Virus record (IMG/VR): IMGVR_UViG_3300020044_002572
Span: 1 to 33,028 of that record
Length of the DNA: 33,028 nt
Origin: a virus
Lineage: Duplodnaviria > Caudoviricetes
Direction: 5' to 3' (one strand)
In this document: positions 8,815 through 17,810 of the stretch, one piece after another
How positions within the stretch are numbered: position 1 is the stretch's first letter
Layout: each line of letters begins with the position of its first letter
Position numbers and translations under genes: made by a program
The notes under the pieces: model-generated
Told to the model about the DNA's origin: nothing
What the model saw: only the letters and a program-made list of their open reading frames with translations
The model's database searches: none

Positions 8815-9003
8815 CTATTTGTCAGATATAGGCTGCGTCGTAATAAGCCGCAAGATCAGCACTACCACCGAAATGACCACGCCGACCAGCATCTGTTGCA
8901 CCGGCGTGACCGGCAGCAGCGCAACATAGCCCTGCACGACGGACAGCACCGCGATCAGGATGGCAAACCAAACGGTCTTGGATTTGAGCAGTTGGATTAT
9001 CAT
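8815..9003 (-). CDS. Small two-TM holin-like protein
   Basis: KSKTVWFAILIAVLSVV...LVGVVISVVVLILRLITTQP; two hydrophobic helices. Confidence 0.6.
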   Translation of the reverse strand: MIIQLLKSKTVWFAILIAVLSVVQGYVALLPVTPVQQMLVGVVISVVVLILRLITTQPISDK

Positions 9004-9494
9004 GTGAAGCTCACCTCAATGGTTGAAGTTGTCGGCGGCGCTTCTGAAAACACCAGATTTGACCCACTCAGCGCGTAAGTGTTTTTTTGCTGGTAGACAC
9101 CGTTGATGTAGACGTTGGTATTGTTTTCGTTGACTGCGTTGCCCAAGTTAAAACTGACCGTAGTGCCGTCACCAGTAAAGTTGGTAATAGTATTTATGCC
9201 TGCGCCGCTGGTGACGTTATCGTAGGTTGCAATCAATACCGCTGCCGAAGTTTGCAAGATAAACTTGTAGCTAGAGGGCAATAACCAAATCTCGCCCCCC
9301 GGCACGCGCCCTGCGGAGTTCAACACAATAGGGTTAGGGTGCGCTACGGTTCCCGCGCTGGTGGTGTAGGTTGCCTGCGGTGTCGTGGTGCCTGCGGCAT
9401 AGGTGTAGATCAACCCACCGGCCAGCGGCACGCCGTTGTTGTCAAAGAACTGCCAGCCGACGCCACCAAATGCTGAGAGGTTTACGCTGCTCAT
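9000..9494 (-). CDS. Tailspike head-binding/adaptor protein without enzymatic domain
   Basis: QFFDNNGVPLAGGLIYTYAAGTTTPQATY..NPIVLNSAGR virion-attachment domain, then short FTGDG...VYINGVYQ...FSEAPP beta domain. Confidence 0.7.
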   Translation of the reverse strand: MSSVNLSAFGGVGWQFFDNNGVPLAGGLIYTYAAGTTTPQATYTTSAGTVAHPNPIVLNSAGRVPGGEIWLLPSSYKFILQTSAAVLIATYDNVTSGAGINTITNFTGDGTTVSFNLGNAVNENNTNVYINGVYQQKNTYALSGSNLVFSEAPPTTSTIEVSFT

Positions 9495-9516
9495 ATTTGT
9501 TTCCTACAGAATTTAT

Positions 9517-10773
9517 TTAAGCCAAAGTTACGGAGTAAGCATTGTCACTAAAACCAACTACTCGGACATTTGCACTACTGGTATGAGAGTTTGTGATGCT
9601 GATTGTGAATGAGCCATTACCTTTTACCGTAGCCGCCATTGAAAGTGCTAAATAACTAAAATTACCTGTTTCAACAAGAGAATAATAAGAAGTGTTACTC
9701 AATACGCCTTGAACTGTGATATTAGTTCCAGCAGCACCGAAGCCACCGGCTTCAGCAACTATTTGAAATTGGCCGGTGTAGCCTGTCAACGTAACAGTTA
9801 AAGTTTTAGTTGTTCCCGCAGCGATTGTTTTAGTAGTATGTTGGACAGGAAAATTTCTCAATTCCGAAGGTTTTAAAACGGTAAGAGTGTTAAATGGATC
9901 ATAAAAAGGATCAACAGTAAACGTATCAAAATGACCACCTACCCATAAATCTTTGTTTCCAGCATACGCAGTGGGCAAGTAAACCGCTTGTCCTGCAATT
10001 AATTCCGACTCTATGTACAGCCCTTCAAATGTATTTTCGCCAAAACCTGTCGTCCTCCAAACATGATGACTAAAACCTTGAATATATCCATCACGAAACA
10101 CATGACCATAACCGCTGTATTTAATACCGCCAGTTACAACGCTGTTTGATGCCCAACTATAAGTGCTATTGGTAAAAATCATTCCTTCAAAAAAGCACCC
10201 ATTAACATCTGGAAGCGCGCCGTTATTGTTGTCGATGAATACGCCAAACGCGCATTCACGGAACACAAGTTTTTTAAAAACGCTATACCAACACGCGTTT
10301 GTAGAGCCAAAAGTTGTTGTGCTTCTTGACAGGTAAATGCCGCAGTAAAAATTTGTTGCGGCCAAATCTTCACAAATGATGTATGTGGAGTTTGTAAAGT
10401 TAAACGCTTTTGTTGTGCTTGCTAAGCTAAATGTTTTGGTGCAACCAATCCCTTTGACTTCAAAATAATTGTCTGTAGACGGCGAATTATCTTTACCAAA
10501 ACAATCGCTAGTGTTATTTTTTATTAGCGTTACAGTGCTACCTGCGCCAAGCAAAATTTGATTATCCGCTATTTTTAGCATTGCGCTTGTGAGATAAGTT
10601 CCCGCAGGCAAATACACATTTTGTGACGCGTCCAACGCAGCTTGAATTGCTGTAGTTACGTCTACAGACCCAGTGTTTGCTTGAATATCCGCAATTTGTG
10701 CCGGTGTCATAAAATCAAACACGTTAGTGGGTGCGCCTTGCACCATTGAATACGTAACTTTTGTGAGCGCCAT
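9517..10773 (-). CDS. Tailspike / receptor-binding protein with pectate-lyase-like beta-helix
   Basis: MALTKVTYSM N-terminus; DVTTAIQAALDA..VYLPAGTY beta-helix entry motif; AT-rich. Confidence 0.8.
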   Translation of the reverse strand: MALTKVTYSMVQGAPTNVFDFMTPAQIADIQANTGSVDVTTAIQAALDASQNVYLPAGTYLTSAMLKIADNQILLGAGSTVTLIKNNTSDCFGKDNSPSTDNYFEVKGIGCTKTFSLASTTKAFNFTNSTYIICEDLAATNFYCGIYLSRSTTTFGSTNACWYSVFKKLVFRECAFGVFIDNNNGALPDVNGCFFEGMIFTNSTYSWASNSVVTGGIKYSGYGHVFRDGYIQGFSHHVWRTTGFGENTFEGLYIESELIAGQAVYLPTAYAGNKDLWVGGHFDTFTVDPFYDPFNTLTVLKPSELRNFPVQHTTKTIAAGTTKTLTVTLTGYTGQFQIVAEAGGFGAAGTNITVQGVLSNTSYYSLVETGNFSYLALSMAATVKGNGSFTISITNSHTSSANVRVVGFSDNAYSVTLA

Positions 10774-10781
10774 ATAAACCT

Positions 10782-11435
10782 CTATGCGGAAATGTAGCTA
10801 AGCCAAACAGTTATGTTAGCTGATGCTGGTATGGTATACGACGCATCAGTACCTGTTAAATTAGTGTGATCTAAAACTTTAATGTACGAAGTATTAGGCA
10901 AGATATATGAACTGATTGAGTGACCGGCAGTTAAAATTAAATTACCGGCAAAGTTTCCTGGCGAATACGTGTTTGCGCTTCCATTGGGAAAGGGGAATCC
11001 TTGAATTTCTAAATCTGCCCCCGCGCCGGTATGCGCGCTCCAAGCTATATTTGCAAAACAAGTGACTAATTTTCCAACTCTAACATAAGTTCCTACTTGC
11101 GCTGTATATGTGCCGCCTGCGGTTCTCGTGGATGGAGTCCATGTGCCTTCCTCATACCAGTTCAGCAATTGGCTGGTCATACCGGATGCTGCCGTATTAC
11201 CGGTAAAGTTTACGCCCTTTGCCGCAGCAGGCACCATGTTATCGCCGGTGTAGACCTTTTTTGCTACCGCCAAACCGCCAGCGGTTTTAAGCGCCGCCGC
11301 TGTGGTTGAGGTTGCATCTGTTGTGTCAGTGCCTGCAATGGTTGTAAATACGCCAGTATTAGGCGTTGTTGCGCCTACGGTGCCATTAATGTTGATGTTG
11401 GCGGTGCCAGTAATAATTGCTGATCTTAAAGTCAT
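10782..11435 (-). CDS. Tail fibre-like protein
   Basis: NGTVGATTPNTG, GGLAVAKK, LNWYEEGTWTP, GTYVRVGKLV fibre motifs. Confidence 0.7.
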   Translation of the reverse strand: MTLRSAIITGTANININGTVGATTPNTGVFTTIAGTDTTDATSTTAAALKTAGGLAVAKKVYTGDNMVPAAAKGVNFTGNTAASGMTSQLLNWYEEGTWTPSTRTAGGTYTAQVGTYVRVGKLVTCFANIAWSAHTGAGADLEIQGFPFPNGSANTYSPGNFAGNLILTAGHSISSYILPNTSYIKVLDHTNLTGTDASYTIPASANITVWLSYISA

Positions 11436-11454
11436 GATTAAATCCTTTTTAACT

Positions 11455-11685
11455 TTATTTCCAAGTGCCGGATACGTTTATATATGGCGTTGCTTGTTTC
11501 CAGACGCCAGCAACTTTGATATAAGGCTTTGCTTGTTTCCATGTTCCAGATACTTTAATCCAAAAAGTTTTATTTTGATATTGCAGTAAATCTGGATCAA
11601 ATAAACCGCCTACTACCGCGTCAGGATCAAACAGACCGCCTATTTCTACATCAGGATCAAACCAACCTGAACCAGTAGCCGCCAT
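11455..11685 (-). CDS. Small repeat-containing tail-associated protein
   Basis: 3x G(W/L)FDPD followed by 3x (K/N)V(S/A)G(T/V)WK. Confidence 0.65.
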   Translation of the reverse strand: MAATGSGWFDPDVEIGGLFDPDAVVGGLFDPDLLQYQNKTFWIKVSGTWKQAKPYIKVAGVWKQATPYINVSGTWK

Positions 11686-11687
11686 GA

Positions 11688-12566
11688 TTAGATGTTGTAA
11701 ATTTCAGCTTGAACCATGTTCACCGTAAACGATGCTGATGCGCCTCCGTTGAGCGACACGCCAATGTATTTACCGGGCCATGCGGTAATGTCTCCGGTAT
11801 TGGTTCCGTTTGCACCTTTTAACAAACTGGAAAAACCCGTTGTTGGTTGGCTGATGCTGGATAAATGTGCAACCAATGCCGCAGATGCGCCTGTGCTACG
11901 CGTCATAAAGTCATACGTCAACAAGGTCGTGTCTGTTGCGGCAGTTTGAGCAGAAAGATTTAACGCAAAATAACTTGAATCAGCAGTTGATGCGGTTGCA
12001 CCTACTCTAAGCGTTGCAGTCAATGCAGCAACCCCTGCTGCTGTTTTAGTTATACTAATCCGGCAACGGTAACCTGTTCCCGTTTTAAAGTTTTGCGTAG
12101 GTATCAAAATGCTTGATCCGGCAACATAAGTATCGGCAGCAAAACCAGTGACATTAGCCGTGTTGGAATTAAACAACCAACCTGTTTGAGCCGAGGATTT
12201 AACTACGCCCGTATTGGCGTATGAAGTAAACACGCCCGTCCTATCCATCACCACAGATTCACCTGCGGCGATTGTTCCTACAAATATCGGCTCAACGGTT
12301 GTTCCGTCCGTGTGTTGAATGGTAATTGTCTGCGATACCGTTGCATCCGTATTTCTCACACTTAAAAAGTTTGTGGTGCGCTGAGTGCTGGCAGCAGGGG
12401 CAGCAACAACATCTGTCGTTGCGGCAGTCGTAATAGTGGCGGTATTTGTTCGCCCAGGCGTAAACACGTTGGACGCATCATCGACCCATGACGCATGAAC
12501 CTTTACGGTTCCAGCCGCTGAGGTGATAACTTGAATTTTATCGTTTGTGCTCGATTGGATTAACAT
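11688..12566 (-). CDS. Virion-associated beta-rich hypothetical protein
   Basis: 292 aa Thr/Ala-rich, within the tail gene block. Confidence 0.6.
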   Translation of the reverse strand: MLIQSSTNDKIQVITSAAGTVKVHASWVDDASNVFTPGRTNTATITTAATTDVVAAPAASTQRTTNFLSVRNTDATVSQTITIQHTDGTTVEPIFVGTIAAGESVVMDRTGVFTSYANTGVVKSSAQTGWLFNSNTANVTGFAADTYVAGSSILIPTQNFKTGTGYRCRISITKTAAGVAALTATLRVGATASTADSSYFALNLSAQTAATDTTLLTYDFMTRSTGASAALVAHLSSISQPTTGFSSLLKGANGTNTGDITAWPGKYIGVSLNGGASASFTVNMVQAEIYNI

Positions 12567-12575
12567 TTTTCAATC

Positions 12576-13508
12576 CTATACATATTGCAGATAAATATCA
12601 CCATCAGAGCCACCGCTGGGTGCTGCAGTTCCGCTGGTAATAGCTTTCTGTTTTGCGTTAAACGTAGTCCAATCGGTGCTGGTCAGGTAGCCATTAACGC
12701 TCGTTGTCGCGGCGGCCATCGAAATCGCTGGCGTAGTGCCGCCCGAGCTAACCACCGGCGCAGTGCCGGTCACGCTGGTGACAGTGCCAGTTGTGGGCGT
12801 TGCCCATGTTGGCGTTCCGGCGCCGGCGCTGGTCAAAACCTGACCAACAGTGCCTGCCGAGGTGAAGGCGTAAGCAGATCCGGTGCCGTAAGCCACCGCC
12901 CCTGCGGTTGGGGTTGCCGTTGCATTCGTGCCGCCGTTAGCAATTGGCAACGTACCGGAAACGTGCGTTGTCAGTCCGATCTTGCCCCAGCTTGGCGCCG
13001 TCGCCACCCCACCCGAGATTAACGCGTTCCCGGTCGCCACATCTGCAAGCCGCGAAAGCGCAGTGGCGCCGCTGGAATACAGAATATCGCCGATCACATA
13101 GGTATTTAAGCCAGTGCCGCCGTAGCCTGCGCCGAGAGTGCCTGCAAGCGTCACAGCGCCCGTTGTAGCGGTTGCCGGTGTTAAGCCAGTGCTACCCCCT
13201 GACCATGACAAAACGCCCGTATTGGCGACCGTAATGGCGCCCACGCCGTTGGTGACACCAATACCGGCGCCTGGCGTCAATGGGTTGAGCGTGTAGCCGG
13301 TGCCGTTACCGATCAGCAGCTGGCCGTTGGTCGGTATTGTGGTCAGTCCGGTGCCGCCAGAGGTGACCGGCAGCGCAGATCCAAGAGTTGCGGTGATGAA
13401 TTGCGGATTCATCAACCACATCAACCATTCTTGATTCGGCCTTCCTGTAGTTGCGTTCAGGAATTCCGAATAAGGAATGTTGATGTTGGAATTAGGCGCC
13501 GTTGCCAT
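12576..13508 (-). CDS. Tail fibre/needle-like protein with GGTG repeats (P22 gp26 position)
   Basis: Follows gp10-like gene; repeated LPV..GGTG; C-terminal TSGTAAPSGGSDGDIYLQY. Confidence 0.65.
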   Translation of the reverse strand: MATAPNSNINIPYSEFLNATTGRPNQEWLMWLMNPQFITATLGSALPVTSGGTGLTTIPTNGQLLIGNGTGYTLNPLTPGAGIGVTNGVGAITVANTGVLSWSGGSTGLTPATATTGAVTLAGTLGAGYGGTGLNTYVIGDILYSSGATALSRLADVATGNALISGGVATAPSWGKIGLTTHVSGTLPIANGGTNATATPTAGAVAYGTGSAYAFTSAGTVGQVLTSAGAGTPTWATPTTGTVTSVTGTAPVVSSGGTTPAISMAAATTSVNGYLTSTDWTTFNAKQKAITSGTAAPSGGSDGDIYLQYV

Positions 13509-15172
13509 TAATTCTCACCAACAGATGATTTGAGATTTGCTGAAACAATCACCGCTTTGACCGGTGCACTGATAGCAACCTCAAAGATTCTATCCCGAGC
13601 AAACCCTAGCCGGCGCCAGATAGCCCGATTGGTATATCGGCCGATCCTGCCGATGCTGGTCCAGTGCTCGTTTGACCAGGTGCTGCCGCCGTCGTTGGAC
13701 CAGCGCAGCATGGCCTGCGGATCGTAGCCAGGCGTGGCTTCATAGGCTTCCGTTTCGAGAGCATAGCCGTTGTAATCCACGGCAGGCTGCACTTGAGTCA
13801 CCAGCGGTTCGTTACCGTCACCGGCCTCAGTGACTAACTGGTCGCCGGCTTGCGTGGTCAAATAACCTTGCACAAACTCGGCCACAATTACGTTATTGGA
13901 TTCAGTGGCTAAATCTTCACCATCATAGCCAGGATACCCATTTAAGCCCACCCCTGGCTGAAACTGGATCTGTAGCTCGTCAAAATATTCCCGTTGGAAG
14001 TCGGCCACAAGATGCGGCGCTCGACGTAGCCTGCGGATTGTTGCCCCATCTTCAGTATAAACATCGTTTTCAATGCTGTACAGCTTGCCGTTTTCGTAAT
14101 CTCCAACAATGTACATATTGTTAAAAAATGCACCACAATTTGACCGATGTCGGTTATAAACTCCGTCAGCAAATGACAGCCATTTGTGCCAGCTTTTGGT
14201 GGAAAAGTCATATACCCAAGTCAAATTAATGGTTGGAAATGTCACAACGTACATTTCATGGCCTTCAATCTGATAGCTGTAAGCGATTGCATCGCCGGTA
14301 TATTGGTCAATCAAAGTTTGTTCAACCGCATGGGTAGAAATTCGGACCCAAGTGTAACCTTGCATCATTTCAATCGTGCCATCGCCGCGGTTGTCTCTTG
14401 TTACGCAAACAAAACTTCCATCCAATCGAGCCAATGAAAACGGTGCGCCAATACCTTTTTGAGAAGATGTGCCTGGAACCCGTTGAAATGGGAAAGTGGT
14501 AATCCCTGTGATTACATTGCCCACATCTGTCCAGACCTCGGTAGTTGTCTCGCCCAACAAATAAACCTGTCTGTTATTAACGATCATGCTTACCAAAAGG
14601 TCACTGTAGCCATCAGCAGAGCCGTAAAGTGCTAAAGATGATGTGGCTAGGCCAAGATCACTACAAGCCCAATTTTGCGTTCCGGGTTCGTTGTACAAAA
14701 AATAATTGTCAACTTGATCTGTAACGCTTGCACCTTGCCACGGGCCATCAGTGCTTGGCAATACTGCAAAAGTGTTTGTGCTAGCAACCCATGTGTAACG
14801 ATTTGCACCATCAACGATATAGGCTGTTAGACCGTTATTTGTCGTGATGTTGTCGCTGATAGATACCGGGCCAGTGGAACTATACAATGTGCCGATCAGT
14901 GTTGCTGCCATGCTGGTGTTGACCGAATACACATTTGCACCAGACACAGCAATCAGGATTTCTCCACCTGACATAGTATGCAAACCGCGAACCTCTGCAA
15001 CTGCAAGCTGCGTTTTCAGCAACAAGCCCGGCGTCGGATACAGCGCCACAATCCCGCGCTGGCCGGGTTGTTTCGTCGGATCTATTTCAGCGTAAAAATT
15101 AATGCACTCCTGAGCATCCTGATAGATGCTAGGCGCCTCATAGGATGTGCCAACAAATCCGAAATCTGGCAT
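13508..15172 (-). CDS. P22 gp10-like packaged-DNA stabilization / tail hub protein
   Basis: LYPTPGL, RISTHAVE, YQIEGHEMYV, TWVYD...WH, MLRWSNDGGSTW, WRRLG motifs. Confidence 0.85.
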   Translation of the reverse strand: MPDFGFVGTSYEAPSIYQDAQECINFYAEIDPTKQPGQRGIVALYPTPGLLLKTQLAVAEVRGLHTMSGGEILIAVSGANVYSVNTSMAATLIGTLYSSTGPVSISDNITTNNGLTAYIVDGANRYTWVASTNTFAVLPSTDGPWQGASVTDQVDNYFLYNEPGTQNWACSDLGLATSSLALYGSADGYSDLLVSMIVNNRQVYLLGETTTEVWTDVGNVITGITTFPFQRVPGTSSQKGIGAPFSLARLDGSFVCVTRDNRGDGTIEMMQGYTWVRISTHAVEQTLIDQYTGDAIAYSYQIEGHEMYVVTFPTINLTWVYDFSTKSWHKWLSFADGVYNRHRSNCGAFFNNMYIVGDYENGKLYSIENDVYTEDGATIRRLRRAPHLVADFQREYFDELQIQFQPGVGLNGYPGYDGEDLATESNNVIVAEFVQGYLTTQAGDQLVTEAGDGNEPLVTQVQPAVDYNGYALETEAYEATPGYDPQAMLRWSNDGGSTWSNEHWTSIGRIGRYTNRAIWRRLGFARDRIFEVAISAPVKAVIVSANLKSSVGEN

Positions 15173-15173
15173 G

Positions 15174-15956
15174 TTAGGCAGTAACGGCTTTGATTACCGC
15201 AAACGCAATCACAATGGCTTCACTCAACGACCCGGCGGTAATGTTCCGCACGTTGATACTGGCCGAACCCGCAGCAGACTGAGCGTTGAGCAGGTAAGAA
15301 CCTGCAGTGCCGCCGCTGATGTGATTCATTATCAGAATGTCGCCAGCTTCAATAACCGTGTTGGTTAACGTAAAGCTGACCGTGGTATCGGAAGCAAGTG
15401 CCGCAGCATTCAGCGTAATCTGGCCGGTTGATTTGCTCAACGTCACGCCAGTGGATTTGCTAGTGGCTTGGGTAACGGTGCCGCCAGAACCTGTTGCGTA
15501 GCCTACTTTTCCAGTGCTGCTAACGACAATATTGCCCGTGGTGCTAAGACTTGTGCCGGTTGCCGCACCGATTACCGGGGTGGTCAACACCATTGAGGTG
15601 CTGGTGCAATTGGACAGATTGCCGCTGGTTGGCGTTCCCAATACCGGCGTCACCATGACCATCGAGGTGCTGGTACACGCACTGATGTTGCCGCTGGCAA
15701 CGGTGCCAAGCACCGGCGCGGTCATGGTGGGTGACGTTAGGGTTGGCGTATTCAGCACCATGCCGGTGCTGGTGCAGGCGCTAATTACGCCGCTGGCAAC
15801 GGTTCCCAGTGCAGGCGTAACAAACGTCGGGCTGGTGAACAGATTGGTGACCGACAATTGTTTCGTCGTGCTGGTCGTAGCTTGGACGATCGGCAGCACA
15901 TCACCGCCAGCTTGCGAAGTGGCAACGGGGAGAGCAGAAATTGCGATATTAGCCAT
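15174..15956 (-). CDS. Virion fibre/appendage protein with 23-aa repeats and C-terminal knob
   Basis: MANIAISALP N-terminus; repeats (T/A)PxLGTxxSGxxSxCTSTxMV; C-domain paralogous to 25006..25446. Confidence 0.65.
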   Translation of the reverse strand: MANIAISALPVATSQAGGDVLPIVQATTSTTKQLSVTNLFTSPTFVTPALGTVASGVISACTSTGMVLNTPTLTSPTMTAPVLGTVASGNISACTSTSMVMVTPVLGTPTSGNLSNCTSTSMVLTTPVIGAATGTSLSTTGNIVVSSTGKVGYATGSGGTVTQATSKSTGVTLSKSTGQITLNAAALASDTTVSFTLTNTVIEAGDILIMNHISGGTAGSYLLNAQSAAGSASINVRNITAGSLSEAIVIAFAVIKAVTA

Positions 15957-15964
15957 GATTATCC

Positions 15965-16939
15965 TTAAATAAATCCACCGTGAAGAATCCAGCCCGCATC
16001 TTTGCGGCGACCGGAAACAATCACATCATCGTAACTGGCAATCTGAGCCGGCTTCATGTTGGTGCGCTTGACCGTTGCCCTGGATTGCGCTGCAAACGCA
16101 TTAATCATTGCCAGCTGCGTCTGCGAGGCTTTACCATACATAGGACACAGGCGCTCGGCCAGGCACCAGCGTAGGGCCATTGTGTAGCCTTGCGGCAGGC
16201 TTATTGAGTCATAGAGCGTGCCGTAACGCGTAAACACAGTGTCAGCAAATAGGTGCATTTCGCCCTGTGACGGATTCGGCCAGACGGTCACATTGCCCAG
16301 CAGCTCGCTCGGCTGGTAATAAACCGCTTTCGGCCACGGTCCGTTTAGGCTTTTCAATCCGATCAGGTTGTATTGCTCAAGATTTAATACGCTGACTGGA
16401 TAATCCAGACCGCCGCCGTAAATCGGCACACCGTTGCTGGTCGTTGATACTCGCACGAATGCAGAGTTAATCGACAGCGGCCGTTGGTAATAACCAGAGA
16501 TCGTTGTGCTGGTTACGGTCTGCGAGGTGCTGACGGTGTAGGTTCCTGCGTAATTAACGCTGCCGCCAGCGCCAGTGTTAAAACCAGTAATCGTCGTTCC
16601 CGCAGTAACGCCGGTGCCGGTGATCGTTTGGCCGAGCGTGATGTAGCCTGACAGCAGACCGCTGGCCGGAATCGTCAACGTGGTGCCGCTGATCGAGCCG
16701 GTAAAGCTGGCGCCAATCGAACCGCCTGGTCCGATGGTGTATTGCGTCACATTCTGCGTAACCGCCCAGACAATCTCGGTCTTGTAAAAGACCATCATTT
16801 GCTCGTTCGACCATTGGTCAATCAAGTCGTTGAGCATGTCAAACGCGTCTTGTGCAGCATCCGAGGTTGGCGTTTCGCCCGCTTCCAATGCGCCGATGTC
16901 TTTAAGCGCCCGGCTTACAATGTCGATCGGCTGCGTCAT
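15965..16939 (-). CDS. P22 gp4-like head-tail adaptor with inserted beta-rich domain
   Basis: [14 protein letters not shown]....[14 protein letters not shown]-terminus; LPQGY..AL...LAERL.P.YG C-terminus. Confidence 0.75.
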   Translation of the reverse strand: MTQPIDIVSRALKDIGALEAGETPTSDAAQDAFDMLNDLIDQWSNEQMMVFYKTEIVWAVTQNVTQYTIGPGGSIGASFTGSISGTTLTIPASGLLSGYITLGQTITGTGVTAGTTITGFNTGAGGSVNYAGTYTVSTSQTVTSTTISGYYQRPLSINSAFVRVSTTSNGVPIYGGGLDYPVSVLNLEQYNLIGLKSLNGPWPKAVYYQPSELLGNVTVWPNPSQGEMHLFADTVFTRYGTLYDSISLPQGYTMALRWCLAERLCPMYGKASQTQLAMINAFAAQSRATVKRTNMKPAQIASYDDVIVSGRRKDAGWILHGGFI

Positions 16940-16941
16940 TT

Positions 16942-17274
16942 TTACAGACCTTCGCCAGGCGTAATTTCAAATGCGCCAACAGCATTAGCCAAAAACCATG
17001 CGTTTGCAGGAATGCCGGAAAAAACTTCCACACTGCCGGGCAACATACCAATCGCAACCGATGACACGCCGGCACTTGGTGCGCTCACTGACGGACAGGT
17101 AACTGCAGCGTCAGAAAGTGCAGGCGCCGCATAAGTAAAATATTGCGTTGTCGTCAACATTGCTTTAACGCGATAACTGGTCGGATTGTTGTTGTTTGAT
17201 GCTTTGACTTGGACCGAGCTGGTGCCGACAAGATAAGTCGGCCCAAATGGAGAAAATGCGCTGTTGTAAGCCAT
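16942..17274 (-). CDS. Virion structural hypothetical protein
   Basis: GAGG RBS; ends ITPGEGL; between coat and gp4-like genes. Confidence 0.65.
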   Translation of the reverse strand: MAYNSAFSPFGPTYLVGTSSVQVKASNNNNPTSYRVKAMLTTTQYFTYAAPALSDAAVTCPSVSAPSAGVSSVAIGMLPGSVEVFSGIPANAWFLANAVGAFEITPGEGL

Positions 17275-17286
17275 TTATGACCTCTT

Positions 17287-17319
17287 AAAAAAAGGGAATC
17301 GCCCTTGCGAACGATTCCC
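17287..17319 (-). terminator. Rho-independent terminator after coat + decoration genes
   Basis: Minus strand GGGAATCG-TTCGCAAGGG-CGATTCCC followed by T7. Confidence 0.8.
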
Positions 17320-17327
17320 GATACAGC

Positions 17328-17756
17328 TTAGAACGTGCTGAAATCAGTGCCGTAAATGTAAATGTCAACGGTGCCGCCAGAAACAGCGGTGCCGACTTTG
17401 ACGTAGAACGTCTGCGCCGACAGGTTCGCGGTGCCAGTTGCAGCAACAACAGTGGATTTCGTAACGTATGCCGAGCTGGTGTTGCTGGTCAAAGAAGCAT
17501 TGGTCACGATTTCTGTGCCGGTGCCAGCCGGACCAGTCCAAATGGCAAGAGCACCACTGGAAACGTCTTTGTTGGCATTGGTAATTACCACGTTGGTGAC
17601 ATTGTAGGTTGTGCTGTTGATAACGCTGAAAGTAGCCGCATCGCCAGTGGCAGCGAGTGAAACGCCGGTGACCGAGGCCAACAGACGGATCGCTTGATTG
17701 CTGCCGAGGGTTTGCGGATGAATCGTGGTGGCCGAGGCCGGTCCTGGATTTGCCAT
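17328..17756 (-). CDS. Putative capsid decoration protein
   Basis: Immediately downstream of coat and upstream of terminator (high-expression unit); beta-rich; AAGGA RBS. Confidence 0.55.
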   Translation of the reverse strand: MANPGPASATTIHPQTLGSNQAIRLLASVTGVSLAATGDAATFSVINSTTYNVTNVVITNANKDVSSGALAIWTGPAGTGTEIVTNASLTSNTSSAYVTKSTVVAATGTANLSAQTFYVKVGTAVSGGTVDIYIYGTDFSTF

Positions 17757-17783
17757 GATGAATTCCTTTAAATAAGTTTAGAC

Positions 17784-17804
17784 GGGGCGCATTGACTGCG
17801 CCCC
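17784..17804 (-). other. GC-rich stem-loop between coat and next gene (no U-tract)
   Basis: GGGGCGCA/TGCGCCCC 8-bp inverted repeat, 5-nt loop. Confidence 0.6.
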
Positions 17805-17810
17805 TGGTTA

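Noticed and set aside
9517-11435. Diversity-generating retroelement or invertible tail-fibre switch
   Set aside because: No reverse transcriptase, invertase, TR/VR pair or flanking inverted repeats seen
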